From a virus, in IMG/VR virus record IMGVR_UViG_3300014839_000005, positions 1 through 64,000 of that record: a stretch of DNA of 64,000 bases; one strand, written 5' to 3'. Within the stretch, counting starts at the first letter, position 1. Every line of letters starts with the position of its first letter. Position numbers and translations under genes: made by a program. Below are positions 18,663-28,303 of this stretch, piece by piece. The notes under the pieces are model-generated. The model worked only from the letters and a program-made list of their open reading frames with translations. It ran no database searches and was not told the DNA's origin.

Positions 18663-19247
18663 TTAAACTATTTTACGATCTAATTTTATTTGTTTTATAA
18701 CAATACCCAATTTAGACATTTCTTGAATAGTAAATATATTATTACGAACACTATTACAAACTCTACAGCACGGAACAACATTATCTATAGTATGTCCTTG
18801 ATTATTATCAATTCTATCACAACCAATATTTTCCGTATCTCCACAGTAATAACAAGGTTTTGTAATAATATTTTCTTTTAGCCAAGAAATTGTTAAATTA
18901 CAAGTAAATCCTTTTTGTTTATCTGTTTGTTTAAAACTTGATAATAAATAATTTACTCTATTTTTATTTCTCCATTTTTTAGCCTTTTCTTTTCCATATT
19001 TTTTAGAATAATTATTCTGATATAGTCTAATTTTATCTTTATTTCTTAAACGATATGATATTCTTTTTAATTTGTTATTTAAATCATAAATACGTTGTCT
19101 TTCTATAATTTTATTTTTATGTGCTAGACGATATTGTTGATCATATTGTTTTAGATTTTCTTTATGATCTACATAATATCGTCTAGCATATTTTAACATA
19201 TCGGCTTTATGATTTAAATAATATTGCCTAGAATATTCTTTATTCAT
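18663..19247 (-). CDS. HNH homing endonuclease
   Basis: CYYCG...DRIDN...H...NVVPCCRVCN; Tyr/Lys/Arg-rich repeats N-terminally. Confidence 0.82.
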   Translation of the reverse strand: MNKEYSRQYYLNHKADMLKYARRYYVDHKENLKQYDQQYRLAHKNKIIERQRIYDLNNKLKRISYRLRNKDKIRLYQNNYSKKYGKEKAKKWRNKNRVNYLLSSFKQTDKQKGFTCNLTISWLKENIITKPCYYCGDTENIGCDRIDNNQGHTIDNVVPCCRVCNSVRNNIFTIQEMSKLGIVIKQIKLDRKIV

Positions 19248-19257
19248 AACAATAGCC

Positions 19258-20274
19258 TTATTTATCTAACAATGTCGCAGCAGCGGCATCCATAGACGCT
19301 GCATCATCAGGTTCTGTTTTTGCGGCATCAGCACCAAATTGACTTGCTATTGCCTTCTCATCTTCTGAATCCATAGCAGCTGCAGGGCCTTCTTCAGGGC
19401 CCTCAATCATGACAGCTTCTTCAATATCAGCATTAAGTAAAGAAAAGGATGAACCACCTGCTGTAAGCGCGGCAGCTTGATTCATTTTAATACCTCTTTT
19501 GATTGGCTCCATAATGGCAGCTGCTGTTTCAGGAGTTGGAATGATATCGGTAATAAAGATATCTCTTCCAGCACCTTTTGTTTTCTTATGTATAAGACTG
19601 AACTGCATTCCAAAAAAGCCTTCAAATGGAATATCTTTCTTGGCTTCATATTTTTTAATTATATGAGCGGCTTTACAAAGATTCCATAGTTTATCCAAAG
19701 AAGCTTCTATACCTGCTATAGTATATAAACTTCTCGTTTCAAATCTATAAGGATTTGTTGAAATGTCAATTAAAGGAAACACCTTCATAAGACCTATTTC
19801 CTTACAGTCCTTATGCATAAAATCAGGACATTCTTTATACTTACATTCCCTATCCAACCAAGTTCTCTTATCGCCTTCAACTTTAAGTTGTTTAGCTACT
19901 GTACTCATGCCATGGCCTCTACACATTAATCCATCAGTGCTTGAATACATTGCCAAACTACTTTCCCACAATTGTTCAGGATGTGAAAATAGACAGATAA
20001 AATCAATCTTTCTTGGGGTCTTTGAATTATTTAATGTTTCTTCAAGCTTCTTTTGAATATCTTCATTCAATTTCCACTCTTTTCGTGTCACATCTTTGCC
20101 GCCAATCCTATCATTGATGGTGATTTCTTTTAACATCCTGAAGTAACCACATGGAATAGGATGATTGGCTTTATTCGGACCTTCGCCAGGAGCAAAACCT
20201 GTTGAGATTTTGCCCTTGTATTTGGTAGTCTGATTAATGACTCCATTAACGTCATGCGTTAAGCCTTTAATCAT
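19258..20274 (-). CDS. recombination-directionality-factor-like (Gp3-like) phage protein
   Basis: GKISTG...P...YF, CRGHG, C...CP...CK..G, T.S..TI pattern recalled for this family; acidic tail. Confidence 0.5.
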   Translation of the reverse strand: MIKGLTHDVNGVINQTTKYKGKISTGFAPGEGPNKANHPIPCGYFRMLKEITINDRIGGKDVTRKEWKLNEDIQKKLEETLNNSKTPRKIDFICLFSHPEQLWESSLAMYSSTDGLMCRGHGMSTVAKQLKVEGDKRTWLDRECKYKECPDFMHKDCKEIGLMKVFPLIDISTNPYRFETRSLYTIAGIEASLDKLWNLCKAAHIIKKYEAKKDIPFEGFFGMQFSLIHKKTKGAGRDIFITDIIPTPETAAAIMEPIKRGIKMNQAAALTAGGSSFSLLNADIEEAVMIEGPEEGPAAAMDSEDEKAIASQFGADAAKTEPDDAASMDAAAATLLDK

Positions 20275-20283
20275 TGTTCCTCC

Positions 20284-21051
20284 TTAAAAATCTTCTTCTG
20301 TTCTTTTAATAGCTGAAGTATCCATAGTGGCTGTAGGCTTAACATCTGTTGCGTCAGCTTCTTCTGCAGGGCTTATATTGCCGGCATCTGATGCGACAGC
20401 CGCTGTTGTAGCGGTTGACATTCTAGCCATTTCTTCATCAGTATATTTTCGTGTGACGCTTTTATCTCCAGGCATCAATTTATTGATAGCGGTCACTTTC
20501 AATTTCGGTTTATTATTTTGATCAGGAACAAAATCCACTGTAGCATATATTTGCTTTAACATTTTATGATGTCTTGTGATTTCTATTTTTCCAGCCGTCT
20601 CAGTAAAATCTATTGTGCAATTTTCTTTTAGCCAAGTTTCATTGACTTCAATTTTATCTTTTCCTGTTAAAGCCACCATTTGCGGCTTCATAAATCTTGT
20701 GGTATTTTCAATTTTTTTATCATCAGCACCTTTTGCTGGAATAAGAGTCACGGTATGAAATATTGATGCTCCTGGAGGAACAAGATTTGTTCCTTTATCA
20801 CAAACCTGCAATGACATATTAAGTAATAAAGCATTCTTTCTTGAAATTTTTATTTCAGGACTTGGTGTCGGAATGGGATGGGTAGGATCTTTTTTATCAA
20901 ACCATACAAACTCCCCAACCTTTACGACATATGTTCCTGGATGCTCAATCCTTCTGTTTCCCCTTTCTGAAGGGGCATTATTGATTGCAGCTTGTGTTTT
21001 TTGCTGATCCTCTTCGGATCTTGACGAAAAAAAGGCTCCTAAATCACCCAT
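20284..21051 (-). CDS. putative ssDNA-binding protein
   Basis: PGTYVVKV N-terminal strand, beta-rich body, acidic tail ending EEDF; replication context. Confidence 0.45.
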   Translation of the reverse strand: MGDLGAFFSSRSEEDQQKTQAAINNAPSERGNRRIEHPGTYVVKVGEFVWFDKKDPTHPIPTPSPEIKISRKNALLLNMSLQVCDKGTNLVPPGASIFHTVTLIPAKGADDKKIENTTRFMKPQMVALTGKDKIEVNETWLKENCTIDFTETAGKIEITRHHKMLKQIYATVDFVPDQNNKPKLKVTAINKLMPGDKSVTRKYTDEEMARMSTATTAAVASDAGNISPAEEADATDVKPTATMDTSAIKRTEEDF

Positions 21052-21095
21052 CGAAACCTCCGGTTGTTGATAGTTAAATAAAGCTTCTCAATATA

Positions 21096-21123
21096 GTTAT
21101 TACAGAAATTGCTTTGTTATAAC
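21096..21123 (-). promoter_or_regulatory. GTTAT-N18-ATAAC copy with TATATT
   Basis: exact spacing, upstream of the 21051 start. Confidence 0.7.
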
Positions 21124-21126
21124 ATG

Positions 21127-21807
21127 CTAAAATGGTAATTCATCTTCTTCAACAATTTTAGGTATATCTATAACTTTATGTCGTTGAATACTGACAACCA
21201 AATCGTTAGCTTCTTTTGCAACTTTACTCCAATCAGTATCTATTATTTGAATAGGTTCAGTTTGTTCACCCTGTTGATAATTACCCCACATTTTATATGT
21301 TATAACAACATTATCTTTTATATCTCTCCAAGGTTCTGGATCGAATATTGCCAACTTCTGCAATAGTTCTTTAGGAACTTCCGGTTCTTTTACATACCAT
21401 TCTCGATCTTCTTTATTAGGCTGGAGAAGCTTAATCATAAGCCTCTCCAGCGAATCATGAGCACTAACATTGGAATTAAATATAGAATGCATGAGTAAGA
21501 ATCGTTTTAAATTTTTATCATTACAAACTATAGTGGTTATGATATTGTCTATATCATTTTGCACCATTAATACAGAAGTTAAAAGTTCTGTATATGTTTT
21601 AAGTTCAGTTTCTCTTTTTTTAGCCCATCCTAGTTCGATATATAATTGTAATATGCTATATATCTCACTATATGGAAATCTGTCAAAACTCACCAACTGG
21701 TTCTTTTCTAAAAGCCCAATTACTTGGGTCAGGAGTTTTTGTCTTTTTATCGACCTCAGAATTCTGTTCATCTGATTCAAGCTCAAGTATACTGCTCTGA
21801 TCGACAT
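21127..21807 (-). CDS. hypothetical protein (true start probably inside the overlap with the primase-helicase 3' end)
   Basis: 226-aa ORF, acidic tail ending DELPF. Confidence 0.55.
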   Translation of the reverse strand: MSIRAVYLSLNQMNRILRSIKRQKLLTQVIGLLEKNQLVSFDRFPYSEIYSILQLYIELGWAKKRETELKTYTELLTSVLMVQNDIDNIITTIVCNDKNLKRFLLMHSIFNSNVSAHDSLERLMIKLLQPNKEDREWYVKEPEVPKELLQKLAIFDPEPWRDIKDNVVITYKMWGNYQQGEQTEPIQIIDTDWSKVAKEANDLVVSIQRHKVIDIPKIVEEDELPF

Positions 21808-24800
21808 GTTTACCTTCTCCTATATCGTTAATACGATCACTTAACCATTTATTAAACTTATCAGTCTTCTGATATTTTCGGTTATTTACTTTTACGATAC
21901 AGTTTCTGCTTAAAAGTAAATTAACAAGTATCGGCAGAAGATCATTTACAGGTTTCCCCCGTATTTTATCATCGGTTACTCCATCAACAAGACATAACTT
22001 GTTATTGGATACTCTTGATAGTACTCCTGCGAAAATAACCTTAATATCATCAACACTGAATTCACTATACTGCATGAATAAATTCATATCAACATATTTA
22101 AGCATGTTTATCATAACGGCCATATCGCCAAGATTTTCCTGTTTTTTCTGAATATCAGAATACCTGTCAAGATACATATTCTTTCCACAGTAAATCTTGG
22201 TTAAATAATCCATCATATACATGACATACTCATTCTTCACATAAATCTTATTATAATCATTTTCAAGAGTTGAATAAAGCATACTTGCAAGTGAGATTGA
22301 CAATCTTGCCAACTTTGCTCTCATCTCCTGATTGACTAATTGAGTCGATTTATGAAATTTTTCCAGCATTCTTTCCTGGGCGACATTTAAAGCATCTTCA
22401 AACCCATCTTCAAATATTACATCAGCTGGTTTTCTTGAATATGTCCATTTGATTAAGGTCTGACATTGATATTCAGTAAATTCCGTGGACATCTGTTCAT
22501 ATGCTGAACTGAAAGTCTCAACATCATCGGAGGCTACTATATAAGCAATATCAAACCTGGCAAGAATGTGATCTTTTCCACATAAACGCTTCAGCATTTC
22601 TATCCCACCTTCTGAAGCATTTTCAGAATTATAATCGGCATTCTTATATGTTCTTTTATTAGAGAGCATTATCTTTCTTACTCTTGCCCTCATTACTCCA
22701 TATTTCTGTTTTACTAGTTCAGCAAGACCTTCTGATCGTAGATAAGTCAAGTCATCAAAATCCTTTTCGGATATGATACTTAATTCATCTATAACGACAA
22801 CGCCACCATCATTCATTGGAAATTTTCCCCATTTAATTGTAGGCTTTTTCCTGTAATATTCAATAGAACCTACAAGGCCCGTCCTACTGACAGCATTAGA
22901 GCCGCCAAGGAATTCTCCAATTTTATAATGATTGTGCATAAACTTACTGACAACTGTTTTACCACAGCGACTCTGTCCAGCTATAAGAACTTCTACCCAA
23001 CCTCTTTTAATAGCCGGCAAAATAGTCTTATTATCTATTTCAATAGGCGAGAAATAAACTAAATCATTAAGAAAGAACAAGTCTTCCCTGCTATTGATTC
23101 CAGATGCATTGCTAAAGACCTCATATCGCCTATCTAAAGCCTGTTGTATGGTTTCATCTTTTTTCTGTTTAAATATCTGTAAAAGGTCATTAGTTTCATC
23201 ATTCATTACAAAGGTATCAATAGATGTTGCGATGGGATCAGCTGTGTAGCAGAATAGAACAGCATGTTGACCATTCCATGCTGTTGTTTGAACAGCCTTG
23301 AATCTATATGACTTGTTGGGATAGATATCCTTCTCAAGCATATAAGCCTCCATATCGATCTCAGATGCCCCTGCGTCCCTCATAGCCGACTCATCAGCAG
23401 TCTCGGCGATATCTCGTACCAGCCGGACATGAATAAGGCCATTAACGCCTTTATCTGTTAAGACAACATCATTGCAACGTTCTGCAATTTTAAGTAATCG
23501 TTTCTTTTGAATATTCTTTTTATCATCAGTTGTTTCAATTAATCCAAGTATATCATGTTCTTTTATTCTAATTGAAAAAGAATCTCTGGAATTGTATTCT
23601 TTTTCAAACTTAAAAGTCATATCATCAACTTCGCCAAATCCAGGTTTATCAGGTATGCTACAATGGCTGCATATTGCCTCACATAAATTATCATCGCGCA
23701 TACACTTACATCGCGCTTCCACAGTATGAGGATACTTAAATGATGAGCAATCAACATCGCCAACTGAGGCAATAAGATCAAGTTCAATCATTCCATCATC
23801 TGAATAATATCTGGATAATCTAGCTTCTTGAAGAGTGACTTTAAATATCTGTTTTTGTTTTCTGCTTATATTCTCACTATATACTTTTGTATTTATTTCG
23901 AGTTCTAAAAAGAGTTTTAAAGCAGTATCATTGAAACCATTAAGTTTCATGAAATCTGTAAAATCCTTTTGCGCTCTCTTTTGTTTTCCTTCCACATCTT
24001 TCATAAGTTCAGGATCTAACCCATATGGGTTAATATCTGACTTATCCAAATTTATTATTTTTACCTGTTTTGCATATGGATAAACACTTGCAGCGATGCT
24101 TTTAGAAGCTTTAACTCCAGAGTCATCGGCATCTGTTACTATAACAATTTCTTTTCCTGTAAAAAGTTGTTTTGCAACATCTGGACCGAATATCTTATTC
24201 ACATCAACATTAGCCGCAGAACCGAGAGTAACAGCATTTAATCCAAATCCGATAGCGCAATAGCAATCAGGTTCACCTTCCATGATATAAATCTTATTGT
24301 GCATAAAATTCATAGCAGGAGAAGGTATAGATGGATTGCCAGGAAATGGATGTGTCCATTTATTTCTTATATCTTCAGCCAATGGCTGATACGCTTTAAT
24401 ATTAACTAAATCACCATTGATTGAGAACATTGGAAAAGTAAAAGCCTGACCATTATAGCCAATCCTGTATTTAAGGATATGTTCTTCTTTAATATTTCTA
24501 GCCTGTTCTAAATAATCCCTCAAATCCTTTCTTCCCATCAATGTTGTAACATATCCATCGTTTATTGATTGATCTATATATGCTTCTTTTTTAACCTGGT
24601 CTTTTACTTCTTGTCCCATTACATATGGTTGACCTGTTTCTTTTACTTTTTCACCATTCAGTTTTTCATAGAGTTCTTTCATTTCCATCTTAATTCTTTT
24701 ATCATCCTCAGTCTTTCCAAGACTTAAGAATCTTTCAAGATGTAGACAGTCGATAGCCCATGAAGTAAACGATCCATCGTTCCTATCCATAGGGCCATTA

Positions 24801-25072
24801 GCGACAAACTCTTTATAAAAAATTGGAAGATTCCCTTTAATACCACAGGCGAAACAATGATATTTACCAGTGGTAGAATCAATACTCATACTGGCATGTT
24901 TATCTCCGCCGGACGCATGAGCAGCAGAATTTACGCAGAAGAATGAAGTTCCTTTATCATATTGTACACCAAAATCTTTATAGATCTGGTGATATTTACC
25001 ACTACACTCCATATCAATTATACTGAAGAGATATTTATAATCTCCCTTGTCTATATTATACTTTCCTGGCAT
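21683..25072 (-). CDS. primase-helicase: Zn finger + Toprim primase + MCM-like AAA+ helicase
   Basis: C..H...CFAC Zn finger; IMEGEPD and TDADDSG Toprim motifs; GQSRCGKT, GLVG...DGGVVVIDE, ARFD; start re-set to MPGKY (AGGAGG SD). Confidence 0.82.
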   Translation of the reverse strand: MPGKYNIDKGDYKYLFSIIDMECSGKYHQIYKDFGVQYDKGTSFFCVNSAAHASGGDKHASMSIDSTTGKYHCFACGIKGNLPIFYKEFVANGPMDRNDGSFTSWAIDCLHLERFLSLGKTEDDKRIKMEMKELYEKLNGEKVKETGQPYVMGQEVKDQVKKEAYIDQSINDGYVTTLMGRKDLRDYLEQARNIKEEHILKYRIGYNGQAFTFPMFSINGDLVNIKAYQPLAEDIRNKWTHPFPGNPSIPSPAMNFMHNKIYIMEGEPDCYCAIGFGLNAVTLGSAANVDVNKIFGPDVAKQLFTGKEIVIVTDADDSGVKASKSIAASVYPYAKQVKIINLDKSDINPYGLDPELMKDVEGKQKRAQKDFTDFMKLNGFNDTALKLFLELEINTKVYSENISRKQKQIFKVTLQEARLSRYYSDDGMIELDLIASVGDVDCSSFKYPHTVEARCKCMRDDNLCEAICSHCSIPDKPGFGEVDDMTFKFEKEYNSRDSFSIRIKEHDILGLIETTDDKKNIQKKRLLKIAERCNDVVLTDKGVNGLIHVRLVRDIAETADESAMRDAGASEIDMEAYMLEKDIYPNKSYRFKAVQTTAWNGQHAVLFCYTADPIATSIDTFVMNDETNDLLQIFKQKKDETIQQALDRRYEVFSNASGINSREDLFFLNDLVYFSPIEIDNKTILPAIKRGWVEVLIAGQSRCGKTVVSKFMHNHYKIGEFLGGSNAVSRTGLVGSIEYYRKKPTIKWGKFPMNDGGVVVIDELSIISEKDFDDLTYLRSEGLAELVKQKYGVMRARVRKIMLSNKRTYKNADYNSENASEGGIEMLKRLCGKDHILARFDIAYIVASDDVETFSSAYEQMSTEFTEYQCQTLIKWTYSRKPADVIFEDGFEDALNVAQERMLEKFHKSTQLVNQEMRAKLARLSISLASMLYSTLENDYNKIYVKNEYVMYMMDYLTKIYCGKNMYLDRYSDIQKKQENLGDMAVMINMLKYVDMNLFMQYSEFSVDDIKVIFAGVLSRVSNNKLCLVDGVTDDKIRGKPVNDLLPILVNLLLSRNCIVKVNNRKYQKTDKFNKWLSDRINDIGEGKHVDQSSILELESDEQNSEVDKKTKTPDPSNWAFRKEPVGEF

Positions 25073-25280
25073 TTTTAACCTCCTGATATAAAGGGTTTCC
25101 AAAAGCTATTGCACACACCATTTCTTCTTCTACCAATTTTGTAAATTCTGGTTGAATCTGGTTGAATGCGTTCCTGATGGATCGCTTTTGTCGGGAAGTT
25201 AAACTTTTAGGATATGTTAATCTGAATTTTGGTTTAACATTTTGTAACTTGTTAAATAACTGGTTGACTACAATATCCAT
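25056..25280 (-). CDS. hypothetical protein
   Basis: tiles the operon. Confidence 0.5.
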   Translation of the reverse strand: MDIVVNQLFNKLQNVKPKFRLTYPKSLTSRQKRSIRNAFNQIQPEFTKLVEEEMVCAIAFGNPLYQEVKNARKV

Positions 25281-25281
25281 A

Positions 25282-25545
25282 TTATATTTCCGATCTTGGC
25301 CTCACGGGAATGGCTTCCCTTGATTCAGCTGGTGCAGCTCCTTCGGCGGCAAGACGAACCTTCACATTCATTACTGGTTTAATTTCAACTCCACCATTTT
25401 TCTTTCTTGACACAGTGATAATAGTAACTGGTTTTCCCTCGATAATCATAGCTATCTCTTCCATACCACTGAATGATGTCATAGTATGAATTTGATACTT
25501 GATACCCGAATCCAACTGACCCTCAAACTTCAAGGACTCACTCAT
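25282..25545 (-). CDS. hypothetical protein
   Basis: GGAG SD; tiles the operon. Confidence 0.55.
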   Translation of the reverse strand: MSESLKFEGQLDSGIKYQIHTMTSFSGMEEIAMIIEGKPVTIITVSRKKNGGVEIKPVMNVKVRLAAEGAAPAESREAIPVRPRSEI

Positions 25546-25728
25546 AACACACTCCTTTTAAGGTAAAAAAAATTTTGACGGTAACAAGTAAAATAACGTT
25601 TCCTGAGAAAAATGCAAGTACTTTTTACAAGATATTTTGACTAATACCACATCTAGTATTTCATTTAATTTAAATAAGATATGTTGTGGTGCTTGTTAGT
25701 AGTACAAGTAGTACAAGCACCACAATAT

Positions 25729-25929
25729 TTATCCGTTCAGATCTACGACTTCGATGGGAACGTCTTTTGACCTGACCGCCTTAGTTGCTTGTAAAATTAA
25801 TACTTCCCTTTTTCCAGCGTCACTGGAAATAAGGTAAGTTGCTAATTTCACAGCTTCATCGATGTCATCAAACAGCCTTTCTCTTGAAAGCTCCTCACGA
25901 CGATAAACTGCAAATGTTTTTTTAGCCAC
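25729..25929 (-). CDS. hypothetical protein
   Basis: GGAGG SD with GTG start. Confidence 0.55.
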   Translation of the reverse strand: MAKKTFAVYRREELSRERLFDDIDEAVKLATYLISSDAGKREVLILQATKAVRSKDVPIEVVDLNG

Positions 25930-25942
25930 ACTTCCTCCTTTG

Positions 25943-26248
25943 TTAAGTTAAATATACCATACCAGACAGATTTGGACGATTACTTCGATAACTGCCATTT
26001 CCTATATAACTTAGCCCATTATGAATGGGAAAATAAAATCTTACACAATCAAGTGTTTCTTTATTTAATTTATCCTCCTCGTTTAATTGATGAATTTCCC
26101 TTGGGACTTCTTCAGGAAATGCATAATCAATTGTACCGCAGAATAATTCAATTTCTAAAGAGGTACGAGGTTTCATACCTCCATGGAAATCGAGAAAGTA
26201 ATCGTTAAGAAATGTTTTTTTGAAATTAACCTTTCTATGCACATACAT
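25943..26248 (-). CDS. hypothetical protein
   Basis: 101-aa ORF tiling the operon. Confidence 0.5.
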   Translation of the reverse strand: MYVHRKVNFKKTFLNDYFLDFHGGMKPRTSLEIELFCGTIDYAFPEEVPREIHQLNEEDKLNKETLDCVRFYFPIHNGLSYIGNGSYRSNRPNLSGMVYLT

Positions 26249-26257
26249 ACATATTCC

Positions 26258-27349
26258 TTATTTTAGAACATAATCAATAATCATCTTGAGATTTTCCCCG
26301 AATCCAGAAATCTGTATTTCATTGAATAGATAATCTTGAACTGCGACAAATGAAGTGACTGCCGGTGATACAGTATTGTCATCATAAATACGCAAGTATC
26401 CCTTCCCTCTCCATGGAGGAATATGATCTCTGGTATATTTATCATGTATTGTTCGATAATATAATCTCCTCGATACAAGCGCATCAGGAGCACCTGGAAC
26501 TGGGGGACAAAACGTTAATTCAATAAAATCCTTATGCCATTCAGGGTCATCGCATCTTACATTCAGCTTATGCCTTGCAAGACAGGACGCAAGATACTTT
26601 GCTAATTTAAATCGCACAGTATCTGCGTCGCAATGATAAAGCTTAGTGTAACGTGCGTAGTAATATTCTCTTTGTTCAACTGGGATGACGCCTTTCCATC
26701 CCAATTCATTTAATTCCTGAAATGAAGGAAGAGAAATGTCGATTCCATTCTTATCTGAATCTTTAAGATAAGCTAAAATTTTTTGCATAATAATATCAGA
26801 ACAAGTATGAAAATCGACATTGGAACATAAATCACTTTCCCTGATTGGTTTAATAAAGTTGGTAAGACCGAGAATCGTAATCAGGCTTTCAAAGTCAACA
26901 ACGTACTTTTTACTGGCATCAACTGATCCAGGTTCATCTTCAAAAATATACCATCCACTCAAATCCTCAATCCTGATATTAATCGATATTCCTGGAGCGT
27001 AAACTTGAGATACTCGTTGTTGTAAACAATAAAGCATTTTTAATCCCATAATCTCCGCTATATCGATAGACTTTGTATTATCAGGTTTTTTACTTCCCCA
27101 TGGAATAAGAATGGCGATAGGTTTATTATTCTCTATCGCTCTTCTTAATACAGAACGAATAGCGACCAGGCTTTCTGGGTTTGGAGCCGGTCCAAATCTG
27201 ACATGATGTGTTCCAACTAATTCGCTAACCACTCCTTCTAATTTTTGATTGGAAGTAGTGGCGGCAGGGACAGGAAATGTCAGCATTAAAGCATCTTTAA
27301 TCAAACCGGCATAAACATCGTCATTTGGAATTGAAATATTAAAGGGCAT
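26258..27349 (-). CDS. PvcA/Dit1-like (isonitrile synthase family) protein
   Basis: IE..KPI..LIP...K..N...DIAE...L..L..L.QRV..VYAPG..I.I..D and C-terminal PPWRG align by eye with PvcA as recalled (PDMAE..L..L..LCQRI..FYAPGAKI.V.SD; TPWHG). Confidence 0.62.
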   Translation of the reverse strand: MPFNISIPNDDVYAGLIKDALMLTFPVPAATTSNQKLEGVVSELVGTHHVRFGPAPNPESLVAIRSVLRRAIENNKPIAILIPWGSKKPDNTKSIDIAEIMGLKMLYCLQQRVSQVYAPGISINIRIEDLSGWYIFEDEPGSVDASKKYVVDFESLITILGLTNFIKPIRESDLCSNVDFHTCSDIIMQKILAYLKDSDKNGIDISLPSFQELNELGWKGVIPVEQREYYYARYTKLYHCDADTVRFKLAKYLASCLARHKLNVRCDDPEWHKDFIELTFCPPVPGAPDALVSRRLYYRTIHDKYTRDHIPPWRGKGYLRIYDDNTVSPAVTSFVAVQDYLFNEIQISGFGENLKMIIDYVLK

Positions 27350-27377
27350 TGTTTCAATCCTTTAGTTAAAGTTTGTT

Positions 27378-27602
27378 TTATTTTTTTGTCCAATCTGCAT
27401 CACCGTCTTTTTTCCAGTGAGTACAATTGGCTATCGCAACATTTAAAGCTTTACCATGCTTAGCAACTTTCATGTGTACGAGTTCTTCAATGGAATTGAT
27501 ATAATATTTATCTATTCCATCATATACATATCGCACACCATCAACTAAAAAACCAGCCTTTCCTTCGTGTGAAGTAAAACACAGTCTGATATGTTTATTC
27601 AT
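27378..27602 (-). CDS. hypothetical protein
   Basis: 74-aa ORF tiling the operon. Confidence 0.5.
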   Translation of the reverse strand: MNKHIRLCFTSHEGKAGFLVDGVRYVYDGIDKYYINSIEELVHMKVAKHGKALNVAIANCTHWKKDGDADWTKK

Positions 27603-28183
27603 ACCAGTTCCCCTCTATGATATTTATCAATTGCATCTTTTAACAATTGAATTTCTTTTACCCAAACACCGGAAGGTATTCTTTGAGGATTTGATCCCCT
27701 GATATTAAGGTCTGAAAATTGCAGGAGACGGTTAAACTTATTATCAATTTGATTGTCGAATTTAAATAAAAACTTTTGAACCATACTTTTCGTCCAGAGA
27801 CCTCCTACTGCTGGACGCATGTGGTTTTCGATAATAAACATAGTCTCATACATTTGTGAATAACTGATTTTTTTATTATCCGCCATTTCAGTTACAACTG
27901 GACTTGCTAAAGTTTTACTAATATCCGCATGACCAGGAAAGATAACAAGACCATTTTTCATTTTTCTCGTTAATGCTTTCCCAACATCATGTAGTGCCGC
28001 ACATATCAGCATCACTTTATCATGTGGACACATAATTCGTATCTGATCTATGACCGCTAAAATATGGTTATATACCGTTGAATAGCTTTGCCAACGTGAT
28101 GGAAGGTTATCAATCGATTTTAATTTTACCACCATTGGTAATTCAAGTAAATATTTTTCTAATTCCAACATTTTATCCTCCAT
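27599..28183 (-). CDS. HD-domain phosphohydrolase
   Basis: VYNH...ALHDVGK...GHA...ENHM. Confidence 0.8.
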   Translation of the reverse strand: MEDKMLELEKYLLELPMVVKLKSIDNLPSRWQSYSTVYNHILAVIDQIRIMCPHDKVMLICAALHDVGKALTRKMKNGLVIFPGHADISKTLASPVVTEMADNKKISYSQMYETMFIIENHMRPAVGGLWTKSMVQKFLFKFDNQIDNKFNRLLQFSDLNIRGSNPQRIPSGVWVKEIQLLKDAIDKYHRGELV

Positions 28184-28219
28184 GATTTGAAATAAATGAA
28201 CGTTATTGTTCCTATAATT

Positions 28220-28247
28220 GTTATTCCAATAAAAAAGAATAAATAAC
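28220..28247 (-). promoter_or_regulatory. GTTAT-N18-ATAAC copy
   Basis: exact spacing, upstream of the HD gene. Confidence 0.65.
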
Positions 28248-28274
28248 TAAAAAAAATATCAAGTAATAGCTAAG

Positions 28275-28302
28275 AAAAAGGGTATCGCATTATCCCCTTT
28301 TT
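28275..28302 (-). terminator. terminator immediately 3' of the ncRNA candidate
   Basis: minus strand AAAAAGGGG-ATAATGCGAT-ACCCTTTTT. Confidence 0.65.
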
Positions 28303-28303
28303 C

